Source: an uncultured Veillonellaceae bacterium (lineage in GTDB: Bacteria; Bacillota; Negativicutes; UBA1444). Taken from it: a DNA stretch of 64,000 nucleotides. The DNA is taken from contig CAZFSM010000012.1 of the NCBI GenBank assembly GCA_964521625.1, positions 1,310-65,309 of the forward strand, given 5' to 3'. Positions 1-10,383 of the stretch are shown piece after piece. How positions within the stretch are numbered: position 1 is the first letter of the stretch; each line of letters starts with the position of its first letter. A model generated the notes under the pieces. It was not told the origin of the DNA. It saw only the letters and a list, made by a program, of their open reading frames with translations, and ran no database searches. The translations under genes were made by a program, and so were the position numbers.

Positions 1-2
1 TT

Positions 3-194
3 GTTGATGGTTCGACCGTCTGGACGGTCAACAACAACCTTGCCTATAAAAAATCAGTAAAAACAGGGCTGCGTGACAGCCGAAGAGTTGAAATTTTTTC
101 TGGGTTAAACCCGGGCGATATTGTTGTAATTTCACCCCAGGGACTGCAAGAGGGCAGTCGGGTCAAGCCAGAAACAGAACCAAAGAAAGAGTGA
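3..194 (+). CDS. C-terminal fragment of an efflux RND periplasmic adaptor (membrane fusion protein); 5' end lies outside the window
   Basis: Frame 3 reads ...VDGSTVWTVNNNLAYKKSVKTGLRDSRRVEIFSGLNPGDIVVISPQGLQEGSRVKPE to a TGA at 192-194, typical of a HlyD-family C-terminal beta-barrel. The stop overlaps the next start (ATGATATG). Confidence 0.5.
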   Translation, partial: VDGSTVWTVNNNLAYKKSVKTGLRDSRRVEIFSGLNPGDIVVISPQGLQEGSRVKPETEPKKE

Positions 195-198
195 TGAT

Positions 199-864
199 AT
201 GATTCCTTTACGTGACAACGTCAGACCAGATATCATTCCATTCGTTACTGTTGCGTTGATCGCACTGAATATCGGTGTCTTCATCAATGAACTGCAGCTT
301 TCTCCTGCCGAGCTGCGGCAATGGGTCGGGCAGCTGGGAATGGTTCCGGCGCGGCTAAGCCAAATGCTTAATTCCGGGTTGCTGGATCCCGGAGCTATCG
401 CAAGCCTGTTCAGCAGTTTGTTTCTGCATGGCGGCTGGCTGCATCTGATCGGCAATGTCTGGTTCCTCTGGTTGTTTGGTCACAGCGTGGAATACTGTCT
501 AGGCCATACTCGATTCCTGTTGTTCTATTTTGCTTGCGGCATCATCGCCAATCTGACCCAGTATGCGTTTGATCCCACCTCCACAGTTCCGGTCATAGGC
601 GCCAGCGGCGCTGTCTCCGGCATCTTGGGCGCGTATGCCGTTTGCTTTCCCCGGGCCAAAATACAGACACTCGTGCCGTTATTTTTCATCTTCACCATTA
701 TTGAAATACCGGCCATGCTGTTTCTTGGTGTATGGTTCTTCTATCAGCTGCAAGGCGGGGCAGTTGCTGCGGGAATGGCTGGCGCAGGCATCGCCTGGTG
801 GGCTCATGTCGGTGGCTTTCTCGCTGGTGTGCTGATGAATCAATTTTTGGTCAAACGAAAATAG
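199..864 (+). CDS. rhomboid family intramembrane serine protease
   Basis: 221 aa with multiple TM helices, a GxSG motif (GASGAVSG) and a downstream catalytic His (WAHVGG). The start is tightly coupled to the upstream adaptor stop. Confidence 0.8.
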   Translation: MIPLRDNVRPDIIPFVTVALIALNIGVFINELQLSPAELRQWVGQLGMVPARLSQMLNSGLLDPGAIASLFSSLFLHGGWLHLIGNVWFLWLFGHSVEYCLGHTRFLLFYFACGIIANLTQYAFDPTSTVPVIGASGAVSGILGAYAVCFPRAKIQTLVPLFFIFTIIEIPAMLFLGVWFFYQLQGGAVAAGMAGAGIAWWAHVGGFLAGVLMNQFLVKRK

Positions 865-929
865 TCTGGAAAAATACAACTGTCGTGTCGTAGGGAAAAA
901 ATCGGCGTTGTTGAAATCCGGTATAAAAA

Positions 930-952
930 GGTGCCCTCAGGGCATCTTTTTT
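930..952 (+). terminator. intrinsic terminator after the rhomboid gene (also readable on the minus strand)
   Basis: 7 bp GC-rich stem (GGTGCCC tca GGGCATC) followed by TTTTTT. Confidence 0.5.
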
Positions 953-992
953 CGCATCCATTTCATGCAAACCCAGCCAATACATCCCTATT

Positions 993-1041
993 AATAAAAA
1001 ACAAGACAATGCCTATATTAGATAAATAAAAGCATTGTCTT
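993..1041 (-). terminator. intrinsic terminator downstream of nuoN (end of the nuo operon)
   Basis: 10 bp inverted repeat AAGACAATGC...GCATTGTCTT followed on the minus strand by GTTTTTTATT. It sits in the AT-rich spacer 864-1170. Confidence 0.5.
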
Positions 1042-1169
1042 AAATATATTATTTTATATTCTACTTGTTTAATTAAATTATATTAATTTATTTTAGTTCA
1101 TTACTCATCGCTTTAACTTCTTAAATTTAAACATTTTCATTCAAATACAGCTTCATTTTTCCAAGCGGC

Positions 1170-2588
1170 TTATTTGAACACCGTTTTGGCAGCCATATCT
1201 GCTAATCTTGACAATGGGCCTGGGTATACGCCCATCGCCAAGGTAGCCGCCATCGCGAATATGGCGGTCAGCCGAACCGGCATGGCGATGTCAAACGGGC
1301 GGGTATCCGCCGGCGTACCCAGATACATCACCTTCACCACATTGAGGTAATAATATACCGACACCATTGACAGGACAAACCCGAGTACGGCAATCCAGAG
1401 ATAGCCGGCATCAATCGCCGACGAGAACAGGAAGAACTTGCCGACGAATCCGGCCAAGGGTGGAATCCCCGCCATCGACAGCAAGGATACCGTCATAACT
1501 ACCGCCAGCACCGGCGCCTGACGCGACAGGCCGGCCAGATCGGCGATGGTTTCACCGTTACGATGTTTGCTGACCGCCGTGACGACGGCAAATGCCCCAA
1601 CATTGGCGAACACATAGATCAGCAGGTAAAACATCATCCCTTTGATACCGGCTGTACTGCCGGCCAATAGTCCGATCAACAGATAACCGGCCTGGGCAAT
1701 CGACGAATAGGCCAGCATCCGTTTCATGTTGGTCTGCGGAATTGCCGCCAGATTGCCGAGCAGCATCGCTGCCCCAGATAGCATCAGCACCAGCAAGGCC
1801 CACGGATAACCTGTCGCCGGGAATATTTCGGTAAACACGCGGATCAGCGCCGCAAAACCGGCAGCCTTGGAGCCCATGGCCAGCATTGCCGTCACCGGAA
1901 CCGGCGCGCCTTCGTACACGTCAGGCGCCCACATATGGAACGGCGGCGCCGCCAGTTTGAAGGCAAAACCGGCCAGAACCATCACGCAGCCAACCAGCAA
2001 CGCCGGTGAAACGATCAGTCCTTTGGCGATTGCCGCATAACTCAGTTGTCCGGCAACCCCGAACAACAGGCTCATGCCATAGAGCATCACGGCCGAAGCA
2101 GCCGAAGCCAGCACCAGATACTTGATCGCCGCCTCGGTAGATTTGGATTCCGTCAGTACATAGCCGACCAGGATGAAAAAACTGAACGTCATCAGTTCAA
2201 TCCCCACATACAGCGTTATCAGGTCATTGGCCGAGGCCAGCACCATCATCCCCACGACCGCAAACAGCAGCAGGACGTAGAATTCTGCCCGGGAGTGAGG
2301 CAACCGGTCGACAATGTCGATTGAAAACAGCATCACCAGAATCGCTCCGACCATAAAGGTCTGTTTGAAAAACACGGCATAATCATCAAGCCGGAACAAC
2401 CCGCTATAAAAAGTCTGATTCATTCCATAACGACTGAATGAAACCAGCAGTACCCCCGCCAGACCGGCAATCGCCAGATAACCTAGTTTGCGGCGGGACT
2501 GGCCGGGTTCCATCAACAGGTCCGCCGCCAGGATCGATAGCGCCAGCAGGGCGACCGCCATTTCCAGCATCAATGCATTGAAATTCAT
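1170..2588 (-). CDS. nuoN: NADH-quinone oxidoreductase subunit N
   Basis: Polytopic antiporter-like subunit that is the last gene of the nuo cluster. The likely true start is MNFNALMLEMAV at 2588, with a GGGGGGG Shine-Dalgarno sequence, TGATCATG spacing to the nuoM stop, and a track ORF that extends to 2606. Confidence 0.9.
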   Translation of the reverse strand: MNFNALMLEMAVALLALSILAADLLMEPGQSRRKLGYLAIAGLAGVLLVSFSRYGMNQTFYSGLFRLDDYAVFFKQTFMVGAILVMLFSIDIVDRLPHSRAEFYVLLLFAVVGMMVLASANDLITLYVGIELMTFSFFILVGYVLTESKSTEAAIKYLVLASAASAVMLYGMSLLFGVAGQLSYAAIAKGLIVSPALLVGCVMVLAGFAFKLAAPPFHMWAPDVYEGAPVPVTAMLAMGSKAAGFAALIRVFTEIFPATGYPWALLVLMLSGAAMLLGNLAAIPQTNMKRMLAYSSIAQAGYLLIGLLAGSTAGIKGMMFYLLIYVFANVGAFAVVTAVSKHRNGETIADLAGLSRQAPVLAVVMTVSLLSMAGIPPLAGFVGKFFLFSSAIDAGYLWIAVLGFVLSMVSVYYYLNVVKVMYLGTPADTRPFDIAMPVRLTAIFAMAATLAMGVYPGPLSRLADMAAKTVFK

Positions 2589-2590
2589 GA

Positions 2591-4117
2591 TCACAGTCCC
2601 CCCCACAGCGTCGCCGCCAGTTTTAGCTTCGCGAGCAGCGGCATCAACGGTTCAATGCCGCTATTCACCACATTCATCAACAACGACGGGAAAAAGCCAA
2701 ACCCGATCAGGAACGAGCCCAAGAGTACAAGCGGTACCCAATCGGCGCCGTGTAAATCGTGCACGCCGTCCCATTCGCTGCGACGCGGCCCGAACAATAC
2801 ATCCGCCAGCACCCTCAGCACATACAGCGCCGTCAGGATGATCCCGGCAATCGCCAGCACGGCAAACAACGGAAAGGCCTTGAAAGAACCGACGAAGATG
2901 GTAAACTCCGGCACGAAGCTAATCAAACCAGGTAGCCCCAGCGACGCCATCCCGGCCAGGAAGAAGCCCACGGTTGCCCGCGGCATCTGATGCGCCAGGC
3001 CACCCAGATCAGGAATGTGCCGCGTGTGCGTGGCATGGTAGATATGGCCGATCATGGCGAAGAACAGCGCCGCCATGACGCCATGCGCGAACATATTGGC
3101 CACAGCGCCGTTGATGCCGATGACATCGGCTGCAGCAATCCCGATCAACACATAACCCATATGGGAAACCGAAGAATAGCCGACCACATATTTCATGTCT
3201 TTCTGCACCAACGCAATGAATGCGGCATAGGCGACGTTGGCCACACCAAATGCTGCAATCAGCGGCGCCCAGAACTTGAAACCGAGCGGCAGCATCAACA
3301 GGCCGATCCGGATCAGGCCATAGCCGCCGATTTTCTTCAATACCCCGGCATGTACCATCGACACCGCCGTGGGAGCGCCGGCATAGCCATCCGGTGACCA
3401 GGAATGAAACGGCCACATCGAAAGCAGAGAGCCAAAACCCAACATCACAAAAAAGAAGGCGAATTTCTGGAACTCCGGCGACAAGGCGCCGCCCGCTGCC
3501 GCCTGAGTCAGCGCTTCCATGGAAAACGTCCGCGTACCGACGGGATAGGCATTCAGATACAGCATCAGGATGCCTGCCAGCAGAAATGCCGAACCGAGCA
3601 ACAGGTAGATCGTCAGTTTCATCGCGGCATATTCCTTGGTGACCCGTTTGCTCGAGCCCCAGAGGATGATCATGATATAAATCGGAATGACCACGACTTC
3701 GTAGCAGAGCAGAAACAGGAACAGATCCCTGGCCACGAAGGTGCCAGCGACTCCAGCCACCAGCAGCAAAAACAGGATGAAAAACTCTTTCGGCCGTTCA
3801 TCCACCCGCCAGGAAGCAAACACGCCAGCAAAGCCGATCAGGGCCGTCAGCAGGATCATTGGCGCTGACAGACCGTCGACACCCAGACTATAGGAAGCAC
3901 CCAATTCGGGCAGCCAGGCCAGTTCTTCCACGAACTGCATGCCGCCGCTATGCCAGTCATAACCAAAGAACACCATCAAGGACAGCAAGAACGAGATCCC
4001 CATCGCCGCCGCGCTGACTTTTTTTATTGAGGAACCAGCCGTCGTTGGCAGGAAGGTAATCGCCGCAGCGCCAACAATCGGCGCGAACAGTATAGTAGAC
4101 AGTACAGGAAACGACAT
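2591..4117 (-). CDS. nuoM: NADH-quinone oxidoreductase subunit M
   Basis: The 588 aa track ORF has an 80 aa read-through extension. The conserved start MSFPVLSTILFAPIVGAA sits at 4117 and overlaps the nuoL stop as ATGA. It is an antiporter-like membrane subunit. Confidence 0.9.
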   Translation of the reverse strand: MSFPVLSTILFAPIVGAAAITFLPTTAGSSIKKVSAAAMGISFLLSLMVFFGYDWHSGGMQFVEELAWLPELGASYSLGVDGLSAPMILLTALIGFAGVFASWRVDERPKEFFILFLLLVAGVAGTFVARDLFLFLLCYEVVVIPIYIMIILWGSSKRVTKEYAAMKLTIYLLLGSAFLLAGILMLYLNAYPVGTRTFSMEALTQAAAGGALSPEFQKFAFFFVMLGFGSLLSMWPFHSWSPDGYAGAPTAVSMVHAGVLKKIGGYGLIRIGLLMLPLGFKFWAPLIAAFGVANVAYAAFIALVQKDMKYVVGYSSVSHMGYVLIGIAAADVIGINGAVANMFAHGVMAALFFAMIGHIYHATHTRHIPDLGGLAHQMPRATVGFFLAGMASLGLPGLISFVPEFTIFVGSFKAFPLFAVLAIAGIILTALYVLRVLADVLFGPRRSEWDGVHDLHGADWVPLVLLGSFLIGFGFFPSLLMNVVNSGIEPLMPLLAKLKLAATLWGGL

Positions 4118-6018
4118 CAGCTTTTCCCTCCCCCGGCGACCGCACCGGCAGAAAACGCCAGTATCAGGGCCAACATTACCGTAGCAATCAGCATCACTGC
4201 AGCATACTGCTGCGTCTGTCCCGTCTGGAACCGCCGCAGAATCGCCCCGACTGCGCCGCTTTTCTGCGCAGCGCCATCGACGATCCCATCCACGACATTC
4301 AGATCGACCCAGTAGAGCAGCCGGGCCAGGCCCGTCAAGATATTCCGGTTGAACCACTGGTAGAGTTCATCAATATAGAACTTATTCAAACTCAGCGAAT
4401 ACAGAAACCCTGCCTGCTTGGCAATCGCATCGGAGCGCCTTGTCCCGCTGCCGTAGATCGACCAGGCCAGACCAAAACCGGCCAGCGCGATTAAAGTGGA
4501 AGCGGAAGCAATTCCCCAGTCAATCCCCGCATGGTGAGCCGGCCCAAAACGGACCCAGTCGCCAAACCCCAGCGCAAACGGGACTGCGCCGGCAAAAACA
4601 CTCAGCACTGCCAGCACGCCCATCGGAAACAACATCGACATGCCTGATTCGTGCGGATGATTGTGCGGGTTTTCCTCGCCAAAGAACGCGACCAGGAATA
4701 GCCGCGCCATGTAAAATGCCGTCAGGAACGCGGTAAATGAAGCGCCGATATATAGTGGAGTGGAAACATGCGCCGCCGCCACCAGAATTTCATCCTTGGA
4801 AAAGAAACCGGCGAATGGTGGAATACCTGAGATCGCCAGCACGGCGATGCCCATCATGGCGCAGGTCGCAGGCATCGATTTGCGCAGCCCGCCCATCTCG
4901 AAGATATCCGCTTTGTCATGTAGCGCATGCAGGACAGAACCAGCGCCGAGGAATAGCAGCGCCTTGAAAAAGGCGTGCGTCATCAGATGGAACATTGAGG
5001 CAGTCAGGCCACCGACGCCAAGCGCCATCATCATAAAACCCAGCTGGCTGATCGTCGAAAACGCCAAAATCCGTTTGATTTCACGTTGCGTCAGCGCAAT
5101 GCAGGCTGCAAACAGCGCCGTGAAGCAACCCATCCAGGCAATGACCGTCATCGCACCAGGCAGCACGCTGAAAATCGCAAAGGCTCTAGCCACCAGATAT
5201 ACCCCGGCCACAACCATTGTCGCTGCATGAATCAGCGCCGACACAGGCGTCGGACCTTCCATCGCATCCGGCAACCATACGTGCAGGGGAAACTGACCGG
5301 ATTTGGCAATCGGTCCGGCAAATATCAGCAACGCCACACAGGTCAAAAGCGCCGCGCCGTTTTGGCTCACATAAGCCGGCACTTTCGTGCCCAACTCAGT
5401 AAAATCGAGCGTGCCAAACATGATCTGCAAAAACAGGATTCCCAGCAGCAAGCCGAAATCACCGATCCGGGTCGTCATAAACGCTTTTTTGGCTGCCTCG
5501 CGCGCCGAAATTTTATGGAAATACCAACCAATCAACAGGTAGGAACACAGGCCGACCAATTCCCAGAACACAAACAGCTGCAGGAAATTCGTCGAGATGA
5601 TCATCGCCATCATCGAGGCGGCAAACAATGATAAGAACGCAAAGAAGCGGCCATAACCGGGGTCGCCGGTCATATAGCCGGTAGAGTAAATCATGACCAA
5701 CAATGATACCAGCGATACGACCAACAGCATCATCGAGGAAGTCGGGTCAATCAGAACGCCCATCTCGGCAGTCAACCCCGGCATCGAAAACCAGACGGCT
5801 TTGATGACGAAAGGTTTTTCCACGCTTATTCCTTGTGACAGCACCGCCCAGGCTACTCCGACCGAGATGATAAACGATGACGCCATCGCTTTGATCGCCA
5901 GCCGCGCTGCCATGTCAGGCAAGTCCCGCAAAAAGAAAGCGATCAGTACAAATGTCACTGCCGGCAATAACGGAATCAGCCAGGCATATTGCAGTGAAAA
6001 TTCAGCCCACATATTCAT
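4117..6018 (-). CDS. nuoL: NADH-quinone oxidoreductase subunit L
   Basis: 633 aa antiporter-like subunit with a long C-terminal extension typical of NuoL. Confidence 0.9.
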   Translation of the reverse strand: MNMWAEFSLQYAWLIPLLPAVTFVLIAFFLRDLPDMAARLAIKAMASSFIISVGVAWAVLSQGISVEKPFVIKAVWFSMPGLTAEMGVLIDPTSSMMLLVVSLVSLLVMIYSTGYMTGDPGYGRFFAFLSLFAASMMAMIISTNFLQLFVFWELVGLCSYLLIGWYFHKISAREAAKKAFMTTRIGDFGLLLGILFLQIMFGTLDFTELGTKVPAYVSQNGAALLTCVALLIFAGPIAKSGQFPLHVWLPDAMEGPTPVSALIHAATMVVAGVYLVARAFAIFSVLPGAMTVIAWMGCFTALFAACIALTQREIKRILAFSTISQLGFMMMALGVGGLTASMFHLMTHAFFKALLFLGAGSVLHALHDKADIFEMGGLRKSMPATCAMMGIAVLAISGIPPFAGFFSKDEILVAAAHVSTPLYIGASFTAFLTAFYMARLFLVAFFGEENPHNHPHESGMSMLFPMGVLAVLSVFAGAVPFALGFGDWVRFGPAHHAGIDWGIASASTLIALAGFGLAWSIYGSGTRRSDAIAKQAGFLYSLSLNKFYIDELYQWFNRNILTGLARLLYWVDLNVVDGIVDGAAQKSGAVGAILRRFQTGQTQQYAAVMLIATVMLALILAFSAGAVAGGGKS

Positions 6019-6027
6019 AGCACCCCC

Positions 6028-6336
6028 TTACCACTTCAGCCAGTTCATCTCATCGACCGACACGGTATCCCGGCCGCGATAGATGGCATAGGCCAAAGCC
6101 AGTCCCACGGCTACTTCAGCCGCGGCGACGGCGATGATGAACAGGGAAAACACCTGGCCGGCTGCCGCATCCGTCGCAGTATAGCGGGAAAAAGCCACCA
6201 GATTGATATTAACCGAGTTCAGCATCAACTCAATAGACATCAGTACGGCAATCAGATTGCGTTTCGTCAGTAATCCGAATAATCCCAGCCCGAACAACAC
6301 AGCGCCAACCAGCAAATAATGCGAAAGTCCGATCAT
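6028..6336 (-). CDS. nuoK: NADH-quinone oxidoreductase subunit K
   Basis: 102 aa with three TM helices ([29 protein letters not shown]...). Confidence 0.9.
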   Translation of the reverse strand: MIGLSHYLLVGAVLFGLGLFGLLTKRNLIAVLMSIELMLNSVNINLVAFSRYTATDAAAGQVFSLFIIAVAAAEVAVGLALAYAIYRGRDTVSVDEMNWLKW

Positions 6337-6842
6337 GATTGCGCCTTGCCCCCTTTAAACAATACGACTGCGCCAATCAGCGCCGCCAGTAGTAAAAGTG
6401 CAACAGCTTCAAACGGCGGGGCAAAATCCGTCAAAAATCGCCGTCCGATATCGCCAGCCGTCACAACGCTGCCTTTGCCAACTTTCCAGGGTGTTGCCAG
6501 GATCGCCCAGACCATCACGCCGACAACCGACAGAGCTGCCAATGCTCCGGCGAACAGCATTTTGTTGGGCGGATTAGAACGGGACATCTGCTCGCGATGC
6601 GTGAGCATCACGCCAATGACCACCAAAACGGCGACTGCGCCGCTGTAAACCAAAGCCTGGACCGCTGCCATGAACTCGGCCTCCAGTGTCATATAAAGGC
6701 CAGCCACACCCAAAAATGTAACTGACAGCAGAAAAGCACTTTGCACCAGATTACGTTTGAACACCACGCCCATGGCGGACGCCAGAGTAATGCCCGACAG
6801 CAGAAAGAATGCCAATGTATGCATCAGGCCGCCACTTTCCAT
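6333..6842 (-). CDS. nuoJ: NADH-quinone oxidoreductase subunit J
   Basis: 169 aa membrane subunit in the conserved position between nuoI and nuoK, with overlapping stop and start codons. Confidence 0.85.
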   Translation of the reverse strand: MESGGLMHTLAFFLLSGITLASAMGVVFKRNLVQSAFLLSVTFLGVAGLYMTLEAEFMAAVQALVYSGAVAVLVVIGVMLTHREQMSRSNPPNKMLFAGALAALSVVGVMVWAILATPWKVGKGSVVTAGDIGRRFLTDFAPPFEAVALLLLAALIGAVVLFKGGKAQS

Positions 6843-7237
6843 CAGCGCGCACCTCCCTTCACTGCCATGCAGTCAATAATCTGCTCGCCATAGGTCAGAG
6901 AACTCATTTCATAGTTCTGGGTCCAGTGGATCGCCTGCGTCGGACAGGCTTCAATACAATAATTGCAGAACAGACAGACCGGCAGGTGATGGCGGTAAAC
7001 AGTAAGAGCTTTTTTGCCGCTCTCCATTTTTTCGGTCGCCAGCTCAATTGCGCCATTCGGGCAGGCCAGCGCGCACAGGCCGCAGGCAATACACTTTTCC
7101 AGGTTCAAATCGAGGGTTCCGCCTCGAAACATCGGCCCCACCGGCAAACGCTCTTCCGGATACTCGACCGTATTCGGTTTGGAAAAACAGCGCCGCAAAG
7201 TGACGCTGAGGCCTTTAATCAATCCTACGCCAAACAC
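6842..7237 (-). CDS. nuoI: NADH-quinone oxidoreductase subunit I (2x[4Fe-4S] ferredoxin)
   Basis: Two CxxCxxCxxxCP motifs (CIACGLCALACP, CLFCNYCIEACP). The track start at 7282 is a TTG; the probable start is the GTG at about 7237 after AGGGG, giving a GVGLIKGL N-terminus like Nqo9/NuoI. Confidence 0.85.
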   Translation of the reverse strand: MFGVGLIKGLSVTLRRCFSKPNTVEYPEERLPVGPMFRGGTLDLNLEKCIACGLCALACPNGAIELATEKMESGKKALTVYRHHLPVCLFCNYCIEACPTQAIHWTQNYEMSSLTYGEQIIDCMAVKGGAR

Positions 7238-7250
7238 AACATCACCCCTC

Positions 7251-8297
7251 TCAACCCAACGGGAAGAACAGCCATAATCCAATGCCTGTCACCACTACGT
7301 TAACAATCGACAATGGCAGCAGCACTTTCCAGCCGAACGACATCAGTTGGTCAACCCTGATCCGCGGGAATGTCCAACGGAACCACATGAACAGGAAAAT
7401 CATCGCCGCCACCTTAATGAAAAACCAGATCCATCCCGGCAGAAACGGTCCATTCCAGCCGCCGAGGAACAACGTGGCCGCAATGCAGGACGCCCCGACC
7501 ATAAAAGCATATTCAGCCAGGAAAAAATAGGCCCAACGCATGCCGCTATACTCCGTGAACGGACCGGCCACCAGTTCCGACTCGGCTTCGACCAGGTCAA
7601 ACGGGGTCCGGTTAGTCTCGGCCACTGCCGCGATAAGGTAGACCACAAAGGCAATCGGCTGAGTTACGATAAACCACAACCCTTCCTGCGCCTTGACGAT
7701 ATCGCTCATTTTCATCGAGCCGGTGATCATCACAACGCCAAGCAGTGAAAATACCAGTGGAATCTCATAAGAGATCATCTGGGCCACGGTCCGCATACCG
7801 CCGAGCATTGCGTACTTGTTGTTGGAAGCCCAGCCCGCCATCAGCATCGGCAGCGTCGCCTGCGAGCCGACAGCCACGAAAAAGAAGATGCCGATATTGA
7901 GGTCGGCAAAAATCACGCCAGCATCAAACGGAATTACCGCATAAGTAGTCATCGCCGCCATAAACAGCAAAATCGGCGCCAACCCCCACATTACAGGCGA
8001 TACCATAGTTGGTTGGATATCTTCCTTGGTCATCAGTTTGATGATATCGGCTATCGTCTGGAACATGCCAAACGGACCCAGCCGATTAGGTCCCAGTCGC
8101 ATCTGCATCCATGCGCAGACTTTACGCTCGAGATAAACCAAGACCAGTGCTGATAATAAGATAATCGTTAAAATACTAACGACACCGGCAAGTGTGTGAA
8201 CGAACTCCGCCGCCCACAACGTGCCTGTCGCATCCAGAACGGCCTGTTTGAGCGCCCTTCCCAGTCCTACCCAGAGGCTTGCAGACTCTTGCATCAA
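7251..8297 (-). CDS. nuoH: NADH-quinone oxidoreductase subunit H
   Basis: 348 aa with the NuoH/ND1 signature (YLERKVCAWMQMRLGPNRLGP). Confidence 0.9.
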   Translation of the reverse strand: MMQESASLWVGLGRALKQAVLDATGTLWAAEFVHTLAGVVSILTIILLSALVLVYLERKVCAWMQMRLGPNRLGPFGMFQTIADIIKLMTKEDIQPTMVSPVMWGLAPILLFMAAMTTYAVIPFDAGVIFADLNIGIFFFVAVGSQATLPMLMAGWASNNKYAMLGGMRTVAQMISYEIPLVFSLLGVVMITGSMKMSDIVKAQEGLWFIVTQPIAFVVYLIAAVAETNRTPFDLVEAESELVAGPFTEYSGMRWAYFFLAEYAFMVGASCIAATLFLGGWNGPFLPGWIWFFIKVAAMIFLFMWFRWTFPRIRVDQLMSFGWKVLLPLSIVNVVVTGIGLWLFFPLG

Positions 8298-8309
8298 ATT
8301 TCCACCTTC

Positions 8310-9443
8310 CTATGCATCGGCTTCTCCCATGCAGGGATCAAGGACAGCCAGAACCGCAGCCACGTCGGCAATCTTCACTCCCTGGCAGAGTGCATTAACA
8401 CAGCCCAGGTTGTAGAAGGTCGGCCGGCGAATGTGCAAGCGGTAGGGCTTGGTCGATCCGTCGCTGACAATATGGAATCCCAGTTCACCGCGCGGCGTCT
8501 CGTTAGAGTGATACACTTCACCGACCGGCGGTTTGATAACTTTTGGCAGTTTCGCCATTACCGGACCTTCCGGCAGGTTTTCCAGCGCTTGGGCAATAAT
8601 TTTGGCGCTTTCGCTAATTTCCAGCACCCGCATCAGATAACGTTCCCAATTGTCGCCAACACTGCCGGTGGGAACCGCAAACTGAAACCGGTTATAAATG
8701 CCATATGGTTTTTTTACCCGCAGATCATAATCAATCCCTGAGGCGCGCAAAACCGGTCCGGTCACTCCATGTGAGACCAGCCGGCCGGCAGGCACGATCG
8801 ACACACCCTTCAACCGGGCCTGGAAAATCTCGTTGCCATTGATCAGGTTGTCGTACTCGGTAAGCATCCCCGGCAAATCGGCCAGGAATTTGCGCAACAG
8901 CTCGATGAATTCCGGCGAAACATCGTTCATCACGCCGCCGATTCGCACGTAGGAATAGGTCAGACGCGAACCGGACGCCAGATTGAAAAGATCCAGGATG
9001 TATTCACGATCGCGGAACGTATACATCATGCCGCTCATGCCACCCAAATCAAGCGCCGTGGCGCCGATGAACAGCATATGGCTGGCGATACGGTTAAGTT
9101 CAGCCATGATGACCCGGATGTATTCTGCCCGTTCCGGCACTTCCGCACTAATCAGTTTTTCCACCGTCTGGCAGTAAGCCAGGTTGTTGCACATGGAAGA
9201 AACATAATCAAGACGGTCGGTATAAGGAATAAACTGAGGATAGGTCCTGACTTCGGCAAGTTTTTCCAGACCCCGGTGCAAGTATCCCAACACTGGCGTC
9301 GCTTTCACCACCGTCTCGCCGTCCAGTTCGAGCAAAACCCGCAGAACACCATGCGTACTGGGGTGTTGCGGTCCCATATTCAATAAATACAGCTCCGTAC
9401 CTGCCGGAGTGATGCCATTATGCTCCAGTTGCATCTGTGCCAT
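8310..9443 (-). CDS. nuoD: NADH-quinone oxidoreductase subunit D (49 kDa)
   Basis: 377 aa NiFe-hydrogenase large-subunit-like ([26 protein letters not shown]). Confidence 0.9.
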   Translation of the reverse strand: MAQMQLEHNGITPAGTELYLLNMGPQHPSTHGVLRVLLELDGETVVKATPVLGYLHRGLEKLAEVRTYPQFIPYTDRLDYVSSMCNNLAYCQTVEKLISAEVPERAEYIRVIMAELNRIASHMLFIGATALDLGGMSGMMYTFRDREYILDLFNLASGSRLTYSYVRIGGVMNDVSPEFIELLRKFLADLPGMLTEYDNLINGNEIFQARLKGVSIVPAGRLVSHGVTGPVLRASGIDYDLRVKKPYGIYNRFQFAVPTGSVGDNWERYLMRVLEISESAKIIAQALENLPEGPVMAKLPKVIKPPVGEVYHSNETPRGELGFHIVSDGSTKPYRLHIRRPTFYNLGCVNALCQGVKIADVAAVLAVLDPCMGEADA

Positions 9444-9448
9444 TCGCG

Positions 9449-9865
9449 TTACCTCCCCGCCTGCTGGCCGGATCGTCCGGGCAGCGTATAGCTTTTGCGC
9501 AGCGGAAAGAAACCGAATCCGTCTTCGGGCGCCAGTAAGGCGCGCGGGTCAGGATGGCCGACAAAAACGATACCGAACATATCCTGGACCTCTCGTTCGC
9601 CGAACAGGGCTGTTTCCCAGATTGCCGAAACCGAGGGGATTTCCGGCTGTGCCTGATCAATCGAAACTTTCACGACCAGGTCACGATCCGTCTGAAGCGA
9701 ATTCAGCCGATAAACCAGTTCGAATGTTTCAACGCGGTCGACGGCGGTCAGGTCGATCAGACGGTCAAACCGATAGGCGACATTGTCCCGCAGCTCCTGC
9801 ATGTCATTCAGCAACGTGGCCGGTGTTGATTCCAACATGCCAGCTGCAATCATTTCCTGATTCAT
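9449..9865 (-). CDS. nuoC: NADH-quinone oxidoreductase subunit C (30 kDa)
   Basis: The track ORF is extended upstream. The true start MNQEMIAAG at 9865 follows a GAGGTGG Shine-Dalgarno sequence and overlaps the nuoB stop as ATGA. Confidence 0.85.
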   Translation of the reverse strand: MNQEMIAAGMLESTPATLLNDMQELRDNVAYRFDRLIDLTAVDRVETFELVYRLNSLQTDRDLVVKVSIDQAQPEIPSVSAIWETALFGEREVQDMFGIVFVGHPDPRALLAPEDGFGFFPLRKSYTLPGRSGQQAGR

Positions 9866-10383
9866 TTTTTGCCACCTCGTCTCTTGGCTGCCATCACTTT
9901 TTCCTTCAGGGTGAGCATGCCATGCATCAAGGCTTCTGGGCGCGGCGGACAACCTGGGATGTAGACGTCCACAGGCAAAAATTTGTCGACTCCCGGCACT
10001 ACCGAGTACGAATCGACGAACGGACCACCGCCGCTGGCGCAGCTGCCCATCGCAATCACCCATTTGGATTCCGGCATCTGTTCATACAACCGCACCAGTG
10101 GCGGCGCCATTTTCCAGGTAAGGGTACCAGCCACGATCAGCAGATCTGCATGCCGCGGTGAGGGGCGAAACACTTCGTAGCCGAACCGGGCCAAATCAAA
10201 GCGACCGGCGCCACAGGCCATCATTTCCAAAGCACAACAGGCAAGGCCGGAGGTCAGTGGCCAGAAAGAATTCCCCTGCGCCCAGGCAAAAACCTGCTCT
10301 ACCGTTGTAACAATAACGTTTTCCGGCCCCAGTAGTCCGGACAGCCGGCTCTGGGCGACCGGGTTCTCCGTTGTCACTTCCAT
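9862..10383 (-). CDS. nuoB: NADH-quinone oxidoreductase subunit B (20 kDa, N2 cluster)
   Basis: 173 aa carrying the CCALEMM...GSCA...GCPP cysteine motifs. Confidence 0.9.
   Translation of the reverse strand: MEVTTENPVAQSRLSGLLGPENVIVTTVEQVFAWAQGNSFWPLTSGLACCALEMMACGAGRFDLARFGYEVFRPSPRHADLLIVAGTLTWKMAPPLVRLYEQMPESKWVIAMGSCASGGGPFVDSYSVVPGVDKFLPVDVYIPGCPPRPEALMHGMLTLKEKVMAAKRRGGKK

Noticed and set aside
864-1170. AT-rich 300 bp spacer between the rhomboid gene and nuoN as a possible mobile-element scar or small RNA
   Set aside because: It contains only two terminator hairpins and A/T runs. No inverted terminal repeats or coding potential. It is most simply a convergent-terminator region.
2591-4357. 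Long N-terminal extensions in the track for nuoM, nuoC, nuoA, acpS and the ABC ATPase (and 9-30 codon extensions for purC, rimI, the HAD hydrolase, uvrA and nuoI)
   Set aside because: They are read-through of the upstream gene's 3' end in the same frame. Conserved N-termini, Shine-Dalgarno sequences and ATGA-type overlaps place the real starts internally (coordinates given in the features).
9409-10161. 250 aa plus-strand ORF
   Set aside because: It is entirely antisense to the strongly conserved nuoB/nuoC genes. The product is low-complexity and Arg/Pro-rich, typical of GC-rich antisense frames.
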